DNA of 64,000 nt. Source: an uncultured Gammaproteobacteria bacterium (lineage in GTDB: Bacteria; Patescibacteriota; Microgenomatia; Daviesbacterales; UBA10151). The stretch spans positions 3,477 through 67,476 of the forward strand of contig CAZVEX010000005.1 of NCBI GenBank assembly GCA_964625535.1. The letters run 5' to 3'. The position numbers and the translations under genes are program-made. Below the pieces are notes generated by a model, which did not search any database, was not told the origin of the DNA, and saw nothing but the letters and a program-made list of their open reading frames with translations. Positions 56,741 through 64,000 of the stretch are shown piece after piece (within the stretch, counting starts at the first letter, position 1; each line of letters starts with the position of its first letter).

Positions 56741-57460
56741 ATGGAAATCTTATACATCTCGGTTCTAACCCTTGTAGCCGCCACCATTGGCACCATCACC
56801 GGTTTTGGTACCTCCACCCTGATGATTCCGGTGCTGGTGATATTTTTTCCGCCTGTCGAGGCCATATTTTTGGTGGCGATTATTCACTGGTTCGGCAACA
56901 TCTGGAAAGTGGCGCTTTTTCGCTCCGGTTTTAATTTGCGTCTGCTTATTCTTTTTGGAGTTGTCGGCTTGGCAACAAGTTATCTTGGCGCATATATCTC
57001 GCTCGGAGCAAACGAGCAAATCTTACTCCGTTTCCTCGGTGCGTTTCTGGCAGGCTACTCTATCTTTTTAATATTCCAATCTAAGTTTAAGATTCCTGCA
57101 GGAAATCTAACGGCTCTGTTAGGCGGAGCATTGTCGGGATTTTTCGCCGGCATGTTTGGTATTGGCGGAGCCATCCGCAGTCTGTTTTTGACTGCTTTTG
57201 ATTTGCCAAAAGCCACGTATATCGCCACTGCCGGGGCCATCGGGCTGTTGGTTGATTCAACCCGTATCATTACCTATTTCACCGGCGGCGCGACACTTCC
57301 AGGAAAGCTTTGGTACGGACTGCTTCTTTTTATACCTGTTTCATTTATCGGAGCGCAGATTGCCAAAAAAATTGTGGATAAAATCCCGCAAAATGAATTT
57401 CGCATAGTGATCTCTGTATTTCTTTTCGCCATCGGATTAAAATTAATTGTCTGGCCGTAA
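56741..57460 (+). CDS. TauE/SafE-family transporter
   Basis: G..TGFG....M.P, G..SGF.AG.FGIGG; about 8 TM helices; start ATG 56741. Confidence 0.85.
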   Translation: MEILYISVLTLVAATIGTITGFGTSTLMIPVLVIFFPPVEAIFLVAIIHWFGNIWKVALFRSGFNLRLLILFGVVGLATSYLGAYISLGANEQILLRFLGAFLAGYSIFLIFQSKFKIPAGNLTALLGGALSGFFAGMFGIGGAIRSLFLTAFDLPKATYIATAGAIGLLVDSTRIITYFTGGATLPGKLWYGLLLFIPVSFIGAQIAKKIVDKIPQNEFRIVISVFLFAIGLKLIVWP

Positions 57461-57509
57461 TCCATATCCACTTGACATAACTGTTTACATATGCTAATAT
57501 GAATTTGTT

Positions 57510-57800
57510 ATGAATACTTTGAGTGTTTCTCAACTGGTTTCCATATCCGAACTGCAAAGAGGTTATGCCTCTTTGATTAAAAGAATCAAAAAAATGTCTA
57601 AGCCATTGTTACTCCTGCGCCGAAATGAACCGGAAGCGGTTTTAATTTCCGTGCCGACTTATGAAGATCTGGTGGAGAAAAAAAGACTCTATGAGGAAAA
57701 AATGGCACTGGAGGCAATTGTTGATTTTGAAAAAGAGAAAAAAGCTGGTAAACTTTTAATTGCCAAAAGGCCCGAAGATCTTTTTGGACAAGTTGAATGA
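57510..57800 (+). CDS. Phd/YefM-family antitoxin
   Basis: VSISELQR, PL.L.RRNEP.AVLIS..TYE; TTGACA-17-TAATAT promoter. Confidence 0.85.
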   Translation: MNTLSVSQLVSISELQRGYASLIKRIKKMSKPLLLLRRNEPEAVLISVPTYEDLVEKKRLYEEKMALEAIVDFEKEKKAGKLLIAKRPEDLFGQVE

Positions 57801-58063
57801 AGATCAGGCAAATAGTTTATTCAAAAAGTTTTGCTAAAAAACTGGCCGGATTTTCCCAAAAAGATCAAGAAAAATTTCTTCAGAAGATTCGCCTTTTTTG
57901 GCAAGACCCGTTTACTCCTTCTTTGAAAACCCACAAATTAACAGGCAAATTAAAAAACTATTGGAGTTTTTCCGTATCTTTTAACTTAAGAGTGATGTTT
58001 CAATTTGCCAAGCAGGAAACAGTTGCCTTTATTGATATTGGCGGCCATGAGATATATAAATAA
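57797..58063 (+). CDS. RelE/YafQ-like mRNA interferase toxin
   Basis: YSK.F.K, DPF.PSL.THKL.G.L..YWSFSV...LR..F, DIG.H.IY; ATGA overlap with the antitoxin. Confidence 0.87.
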   Translation: MKIRQIVYSKSFAKKLAGFSQKDQEKFLQKIRLFWQDPFTPSLKTHKLTGKLKNYWSFSVSFNLRVMFQFAKQETVAFIDIGGHEIYK

Positions 58064-58079
58064 CTGCCAGGTTTAAATT

Positions 58080-58667
58080 ATGACTAAAGTAAAAATTTTA
58101 ATTGAAGGTTATGCCAAAAAACTTAAAAATGGCTGGATAGCAAGTTCTACTACCTGTTTGGTAACCACAGAAAATAAAAAAATAATTACAGACCCGGGAT
58201 GTAATCGTCAAAAACTATTTGAAGCTCTAAAAAGCCAAGGTTTAACTACGGATGATATTGATTATGTTTTCTTGTCACATTGCCATCCTGACCATATTTT
58301 GCTGGCAGGGATTTATGAAAAAGCAAAATTTATCACTTTTGATACCAACTTAATGTATGACGGCGACCTAATACTGGAATTTGACAAACACATATTGGGG
58401 AAAGATATTGAAATTATGGAAACACCAGGGCATGTACTTGAACACCTCTCGCTTCTAATAAAAACTCCCAAAGGGAAAATTGCCATTGCCGGTGACGCGA
58501 TCTGGTGGATTGAGGGAGAGGAACAAGTATTTGATATAAACCAAAAAGACCATTCACAAGCAAAAGGGATGAACATGGAGGAGTTGATTGAAAGCCGAAA
58601 AAAGCTTGTAGAAACTGCTGATTACATCATTCCCGGACACGGTAAGATGTTTAAAGTTGAAAAATAA
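58080..58667 (+). CDS. Metallo-beta-lactamase-fold hydrolase
   Basis: SHCHPDH, TPGH, AGD, PGHG. Confidence 0.9.
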   Translation: MTKVKILIEGYAKKLKNGWIASSTTCLVTTENKKIITDPGCNRQKLFEALKSQGLTTDDIDYVFLSHCHPDHILLAGIYEKAKFITFDTNLMYDGDLILEFDKHILGKDIEIMETPGHVLEHLSLLIKTPKGKIAIAGDAIWWIEGEEQVFDINQKDHSQAKGMNMEELIESRKKLVETADYIIPGHGKMFKVEK

Positions 58668-58669
58668 TT

Positions 58670-59206
58670 TTAAGATCTGTATCTTAAAAATACCTCATCT
58701 TTGATTTTTTTAACAGAAATAAGTTTAAATCTTTTAATTTTGGAGGGAGGGAACAAATAGCTTTCTACCAGGGTTAAAGTATCCTTGCTGCTGCCGAATA
58801 TTTTGGGGGAAATGGTTAAAAATATTTCATCAATTAAATCTTCTTTAAGAAAGGAGGCTAAAAGTGTGGGTCCGCCCTCCACCAAAACATTTCTATAACC
58901 TTTTTGATATAAATCACTCACTAGTTTTTTAAGATCACGGTTGGCAACCAGATAGGGGAGATGAGGATGGTGTTTTTTTAGAGATTTTAGAGTTTGCTCG
59001 CCAAATTGTCTGTATAGATTCTTGCCGTGAATTAAACAATCGGCATGCGATCGAAGTTCAAGTAGAACTTGGTGATCAGTGGAGCTGCCAATCGGCCAAT
59101 ACCCCTTTTTTCTAACCGCAGTTTTCCCGTCTAAAGTCTGAATAAAATTAGTATAAAAAAGGGGTCTGCCCTTAATTTTGGGAAAGATTAAGTTCTGGTA
59201 AAACAT
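58670..59206 (-). CDS. RibD C-terminal / dihydrofolate-reductase-family protein
   Basis: NF..TLDGK, D......LR..AD, VLVEGGPTL..SFL...LIDE..LTI.P. Confidence 0.82.
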   Translation of the reverse strand: MFYQNLIFPKIKGRPLFYTNFIQTLDGKTAVRKKGYWPIGSSTDHQVLLELRSHADCLIHGKNLYRQFGEQTLKSLKKHHPHLPYLVANRDLKKLVSDLYQKGYRNVLVEGGPTLLASFLKEDLIDEIFLTISPKIFGSSKDTLTLVESYLFPPSKIKRFKLISVKKIKDEVFLRYRS

Positions 59207-59840
59207 GTTTTGCCGCCAGAAACTTGAAGGTATGTTTGACAACTATAAATGAGACAGCTATGCCTGTTGCAAAAAGCAGTCTTTCGGAAATGACAATGGG
59301 AATCAGGCCATTCCAAACATTGGCCGGTAAATTAAATGCCCAGATCCAGGCAGCTCCGCCAACAGAGTGAGCTGTAAATGTTGCCCCTAAACTTTTTAAG
59401 AAAAGATTACTTCTGAATTTATAGGTAACAAGTGGGATTAACCAGAACATTAAGGGGTAATACCAGACCGTTCTGCCAATGGGATGAGAGAGAAAAGCGA
59501 TCATAGCCAAAATGGGTATAGCCAGTATCCATTTCCCGTTATTCTTTTTGGAGACAGTAGCAAAATAATAAACGGCAAACAGTGTTGGGAAAAGCCTGAT
59601 AATAGTACCACTGGTCCAGGGAGTCTGTTTGATCAAATTATTGGCCACTTCCACTGCCAAAACCGATCCCACTCCAAAAATTGGCCCTAAAAATGCTCCG
59701 GCTAAAGGAGCAAAAAAATCAAACAAAGTAAAAGAAACGTTGGAACCGGCCAGTTTGTTAAAGGGGATCTGCAGGGTTAAAAAACCTACCAGAGTAAAAA
59801 GAGTTAAAAACAGTAATTTTTCCCTGACAGCCTTGGACAT
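59172..59840 (-). CDS. ECF transporter S-component-like membrane protein
   Basis: About 6 TM helices, SFTLFDF..PL.GA.LGP..G motif; coupled to the RibD-like gene. Confidence 0.55.
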   Translation of the reverse strand: MSKAVREKLLFLTLFTLVGFLTLQIPFNKLAGSNVSFTLFDFFAPLAGAFLGPIFGVGSVLAVEVANNLIKQTPWTSGTIIRLFPTLFAVYYFATVSKKNNGKWILAIPILAMIAFLSHPIGRTVWYYPLMFWLIPLVTYKFRSNLFLKSLGATFTAHSVGGAAWIWAFNLPANVWNGLIPIVISERLLFATGIAVSFIVVKHTFKFLAAKHVLPELNLSQN

Positions 59841-59985
59841 AAGAAGGCAAGAATAAAATAAATAGGATTAAATGTCAAGGAACAGTTGCTTTCGGGGAAA
59901 TTTTGGAGTATCATTCGTAATTAATCTCCCAAAGAAGCGGGATGAGTCTAATGGCCGCGTTTTATACGAGCGATTGGATAAAATT

Positions 59986-61755
59986 ATGGACGATAGAGAT
60001 TTAATCAAGCAGAAAATTAATATTGTTGATCTAATCCAAGAGTATCTTCCTTTAAAAAAAGCAGGGATTAATTTTAAAGCCCTTTGCCCATTCCACAGCG
60101 AAAAAACGTCTTCTTTTATAGTTTCCCCCGAGCGGCAAATTTTCAAGTGCTTTGGCTGCCAAAAAGGCGGCGATGTTTTTACTTTCTTAATGGAAAAAGA
60201 GGGCATGGAATTTAAAGAGGCGCTGGAAGTTTTGGCCAAAAAAGCAGGAGTCAGCTTAAAACGGCAGGTTGACCAAAAAGACTTCAAAGAAAGATTGTTT
60301 CAGGTAAACCTTAAAGCCCAGGAATTTTATCATTATATTTTAACCAAACACTCCCTTGGCAAGAAAGCGCTTGAGTATTTAAAGACAAGAGGATTGAGCG
60401 ATGAGTCAATAGAAACCTTTGGTTTAGGTTATGCTCCCAACTCTTGGGAATCTTTGACTAAATTTTTGCTAAAACGAGGGTTTAGCGTTTCGGAAATAGT
60501 GCTTTCCGGATTAGGTGTGGCCTCAAAAACAGGCAGTTATGATCGTTTTAGAGGCAGGGTGACTTTTCCTCTGATTGACGGTAAAGACAAGCTGCGGGGA
60601 TTTTCCGGACGGGTGCTTCATCAGCAAGAGCCAAAATATATTAATACTCCCCAAACACCCATTTTTGATAAGGGAAACATGCTTTATGGCCTCAACTTTG
60701 CCAAAGGAGAGATCAGAAGTACGCAGGAGGCAATTTTGGTGGAAGGAGAAATGGATGTGATTTTATCCCACCAGGCAGGAGTAAAAAATGTCGTGGCCCC
60801 CAAAGGCACTGCTTTAACCGAAGGTCAAATTGACCTTCTTAAAAAATACTGCCAAAATATACTGCTTTGTTTTGATATGGATTTGGCAGGGGACTCTGCT
60901 TCCAGACGGAGCATAGAAATGATAGACCGGGCCGGATTTAATATTAAAGTTATCAGGTTGGACCAGGGTAAAGACGCGGCAGAGGTCGCTCAAACAGACA
61001 TTAAACTTTGGCAAGACGCTACTTCCTCTGCCACGGCGATTTATGATTATTATCTGGAGTCAGTTTCCGGCCGGTTTGACCTGAAAAACCCGTCCCATCT
61101 TCGGGTAATTAGAGATGAGTTAGTGCCTGTTTGGGCCAAAATCAGCGATGATCTGCTGCGCGATCATTACATCCAAAAATTATCCAGTTTTTTAAAGATT
61201 GACGATACAGTTTTGCGCAGGGCCATAGAAAAAGTCAGATCCAGCGAAAAAAGAAGTTATACCCAAATCCTTCATCAGACTAAAGATGATGCAGTAGGGG
61301 TCAGCTCCCGCCGGGAATTGCTGGAAGAATACCTTATTGCTTTGCTGTTACATATTCCTCCAACCTTAAATTTTGTACCTTCTTTCCCGGAAACTATATT
61401 TGCGAAAGAAGAGTGGCGGCAGATTTATGTGTTGCTGGTGCTTTATCTTGACTCCATTTCTTTTAAGAGTAAAGAATTTAGCATTAACGAATTCATTTCT
61501 ACTTTGCCAAAAGAACAAATTAATGAGGTGGACAGGCTGTATTTAACCGAACTTGACAATAAACTTTCCGATCCTAAAATTTGGCAAAAAGAGCTGGAAC
61601 AGGTAGTTTCGGAGTTGAAAAAAGCCCTGATTAAAGCTTCACTGCAGAAGCTGTCTTTCGAGATAAAAAATGCCGAGCAATTTGGTAATATAGAAGTATT
61701 GGAAACATTAAATAAAAGATTTAGGGATCTTTCGGTCAAGCTGAAGAATCTATAA
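59986..61755 (+). CDS. dnaG: DNA primase
   Basis: CPFH.EKT.SF, CFGC, DRFRGR..FP, PKYINT, VEG.MDV, D.D.AG, KD; start ATG 59986. Confidence 0.97.
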   Translation: MDDRDLIKQKINIVDLIQEYLPLKKAGINFKALCPFHSEKTSSFIVSPERQIFKCFGCQKGGDVFTFLMEKEGMEFKEALEVLAKKAGVSLKRQVDQKDFKERLFQVNLKAQEFYHYILTKHSLGKKALEYLKTRGLSDESIETFGLGYAPNSWESLTKFLLKRGFSVSEIVLSGLGVASKTGSYDRFRGRVTFPLIDGKDKLRGFSGRVLHQQEPKYINTPQTPIFDKGNMLYGLNFAKGEIRSTQEAILVEGEMDVILSHQAGVKNVVAPKGTALTEGQIDLLKKYCQNILLCFDMDLAGDSASRRSIEMIDRAGFNIKVIRLDQGKDAAEVAQTDIKLWQDATSSATAIYDYYLESVSGRFDLKNPSHLRVIRDELVPVWAKISDDLLRDHYIQKLSSFLKIDDTVLRRAIEKVRSSEKRSYTQILHQTKDDAVGVSSRRELLEEYLIALLLHIPPTLNFVPSFPETIFAKEEWRQIYVLLVLYLDSISFKSKEFSINEFISTLPKEQINEVDRLYLTELDNKLSDPKIWQKELEQVVSELKKALIKASLQKLSFEIKNAEQFGNIEVLETLNKRFRDLSVKLKNL

Positions 61756-61759
61756 ATTT

Positions 61760-62851
61760 ATGGCTAAAAAGACTAAAGAAATTATACTTGATCCTAAAAA
61801 ATTACTTAAACTTGGTAAAGAGCGGGGTTTTATTACCCAAGAGGAAATTCTGCAGGTTTTCCCTAAGCCGGAGGAAACTATTGAGGAGTTAGACGATTTT
61901 TATATCAAACTTCTTGAACTAGCAGTGGATGTATTTGAAACAACGGCCGAGGAGCTGGAGGCGGATGTTAAAGGGGCAACAGAGCTGGAAAAAGAATTAG
62001 AGCTGTTGACTACTTTAGAGGAAGGATCGGTGACCGATCCGGTCAGGCAGTATTTGCGCGATATCGGCAAAATCCCCCTGTTAACTGCCCAGGATGAAAT
62101 AGAATTGGCCAAAAAGGCGGAGAAAGGGGAGAAAAAATCCAGAGACAGATTAATTAGTGCCAATCTGCGTTTAGTTGTTTCCATAGCCAAAAAATATGTA
62201 GGTCGAGGAATGAGTTTACTCGACTTGATTGAGGAAGGAAATATCGGGCTGATGCGCGCGGTTGACAAATATGACTGGAGGAGAGGCTATAAATTTTCCA
62301 CCTACGCCACCTGGTGGATCAGGCAAGCTATTACCCGGGCCATTGCCGATCAGGCCAGAACTATCCGTATTCCCGTGCACATGGTTGAAACTATAAACCG
62401 CTTCAATAGAACTCAAAGAAAGCTCATGCAGGAGTTGGGCAGAGAACCAAATCCGGAGGAAGTGGCAGCGGTTTTAGGGATTGATCCGGCCAAAGCGAGG
62501 GAAATTGTCAAAGTTTCCCAGGAGCCGACTTCCCTGGAAACGCCGGTGGGGGACGAGGAAGACTCGCACTTGGGAGATTTTATTGCCGACCAGGGTTTGC
62601 AGCCGGATGAGCAAGCCACCAGAGAGCTTTTAAAAATTCATCTGGATGAAGTGTTGGATTCTCTTTCTCCGCGGGAAAAAAGAGTGCTGCAGCTTCGATT
62701 CGGACTGGAAGACGGAAAACAGAGAACTCTTGAAGAAGTGGGAAGGGAGTTTGGAGTGACCAGGGAGAGAATCCGCCAGATTGAAGCCAAAGCTATCAGA
62801 AAATTAAAGCACCCCACCAGAGCTAAAAAGTTAAGGGATTATTTGGAATAA
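61760..62851 (+). CDS. rpoD: RNA polymerase primary sigma factor
   Basis: [53 protein letters not shown]. Confidence 0.98.
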   Translation: MAKKTKEIILDPKKLLKLGKERGFITQEEILQVFPKPEETIEELDDFYIKLLELAVDVFETTAEELEADVKGATELEKELELLTTLEEGSVTDPVRQYLRDIGKIPLLTAQDEIELAKKAEKGEKKSRDRLISANLRLVVSIAKKYVGRGMSLLDLIEEGNIGLMRAVDKYDWRRGYKFSTYATWWIRQAITRAIADQARTIRIPVHMVETINRFNRTQRKLMQELGREPNPEEVAAVLGIDPAKAREIVKVSQEPTSLETPVGDEEDSHLGDFIADQGLQPDEQATRELLKIHLDEVLDSLSPREKRVLQLRFGLEDGKQRTLEEVGREFGVTRERIRQIEAKAIRKLKHPTRAKKLRDYLE

Positions 62852-62855
62852 ATAA

Positions 62856-63329
62856 TTACACCCTAGATGAAAGTTGTAAAAGAGCAGGTGGGATTTCCCC
62901 TCCATTTATTTGTTGTACAAACTTAACTGCTAGACCTAAAGCTTCCTGACTGTTTTTAGCCGGTGACTCAATAATATCCTTCCCATCATACCCTCTTCTT
63001 TTCCTCCAGGTAGAAATAAACGGATTTCTATAAGAGCCTATTCCTCCTGGTTGAACAGTTATTCTCCATTCTGCGCCAGAGGTTAAAAGACTATATGTAG
63101 AAAAGCTGCCACTATCTTCTACCTCCCACAATCCTTCACCGTTTGCTCCTTGAGGTCTGTAGAATTCTCTAACACCTTTTTTGTCTGCTGAACTAGAGTT
63201 TTGATATTCTTCCCAAGAGGATAAAATCTCTCCTACAGAATTCCTTAGCAAGTCTGCAGCCCTCTTAACTTCCTCTGAGGGTAAGACTGGAGCCCTTTGC
63301 TCGGTTTCTAAAACTGCTGCATTAGTCAT
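62856..63329 (-). CDS. Hypothetical protein (orphan, 157 aa)
   Basis: ORF convergent on rpoD with its own TTGACT-17-TACTTT promoter. Confidence 0.6.
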   Translation of the reverse strand: MTNAAVLETEQRAPVLPSEEVKRAADLLRNSVGEILSSWEEYQNSSSADKKGVREFYRPQGANGEGLWEVEDSGSFSTYSLLTSGAEWRITVQPGGIGSYRNPFISTWRKRRGYDGKDIIESPAKNSQEALGLAVKFVQQINGGEIPPALLQLSSRV

Positions 63330-63449
63330 CCTAATTTAAAAGTAACAGAAACTATGGGTATAGTCAATGCGAAGGATAGATTTCAGATTTATAAGCGGAG
63401 CTTTCAAACTTGTTTATTAGGTGGTAAAATTCCAAGGGTACATTGATAT

Positions 63450-63524
63450 TCCCCTGTAGCTCAATGGTAGAGCGAGATCCTGTTAAGATCGAGGTTCGTG
63501 GTTCGAATCCACGCGGGGGAGCCA
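63450..63524 (+). tRNA. tRNA-Asn(GTT), CCA encoded
   Basis: TCCCCTG/CGGGGGA, GATC-CTGTTAA-GATC, GGTTCGAATCC, GCCA. Confidence 0.93.
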
Positions 63525-63557
63525 GGTGGCACTTAATATACCAAAATAAAGATTTTT

Positions 63558-64000
63558 ATGCTGTCTTTACATCAATTTTACGAAAAGATTAATTCTGATG
63601 AGGGAAAGCAAGAAATTCTTACGGCTTTTTCAAATATTGACTACAAAAGTTCTACTCAAGCTGATGAATTTTTTCGGACTTACTGTGTAGGTCAATGGAA
63701 TGCGGATAGGCCATCAGTCATATATCACCAAAGAGATTACATAGGAAGAGTAGATTCTTATCAAGATTTACTCCTACTACTTAAAGAAAGTGACAAAGAA
63801 AAATTTAATAAGATCCACAAAGGAACCCCATATTGTTTTTTAGGGTGGTTATATATTGATGTTGGAGATTATGAGAAGGGTGTTTTTTATATTGATCTTG
63901 CCATACTTGAAGACATTAGAATGCATGGAGCTGATTGGTGCAATACTCCCGCTACAAGACTCTTGACACTGGAAGAAATAGCTCAAGATGTACCAATTCA
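63558..64000 (+). CDS. Partial AT-rich ORF with a TPR-like helix pair; runs off the right edge
   Basis: Hand translation: MLSLHQFYEK...IHKGTPYCFLGWLYIDVGDYEKGVFYIDLAILED; no stop before 64000. Confidence 0.65.
   Translation, partial: MLSLHQFYEKINSDEGKQEILTAFSNIDYKSSTQADEFFRTYCVGQWNADRPSVIYHQRDYIGRVDSYQDLLLLLKESDKEKFNKIHKGTPYCFLGWLYIDVGDYEKGVFYIDLAILEDIRMHGADWCNTPATRLLTLEEIAQDVPI

Noticed and set aside
59841-59985. Vitamin riboswitch (FMN/THF) ahead of the S-component-like gene
   Set aside because: The predicted promoter ends 9 nt from the ATG, leaving no leader, and no aptamer consensus was recognised.

Overview
This is the replication-origin region of a small-genome bacterium. Gene content and protein style suggest Patescibacteria/CPR, probably Microgenomates-like (inference, no search run). 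From left to right: a defence block (type I RM hsdR-hsdM coupled to a membrane KAP P-loop NTPase that runs off the left edge); housekeeping genes tsaD, valS, rplY, rnhA, a flippase, an O-antigen ligase and jag-yidC-yidD-rnpA-rpmH; and dnaA-oriC-dnaN, interrupted by a Fic-domain gene and a Holliday-junction-resolvase-like gene. Next is an ~18 kb T4SS-like locus with no relaxase or integrase (SLT/M23 wall hydrolase, VirB4, PrgI, VirB6-like, six VirB2-like pilin paralogues). Inside it, on the opposite strand, a cobalamin-riboswitch-like leader precedes a 465-aa Zn-ribbon orphan, followed by a ~1380-aa orphan. The rest holds smpB-tmRNA (27-aa tag, atypical T-arm), comF/dprA/comM/yraN, seven tRNAs (four Ser, two Arg, one Asn), a Phd/RelE-type TA pair and dnaG-rpoD. 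Three patterns span the window: 7-bp tandem tracts (inside ORFs, at oriC and flanking a four-helix-bundle gene), REP-like palindromes translated in frame, and -10 boxes 6-9 nt before start codons (leaderless-type genes). All family assignments come from recognising motifs by eye.
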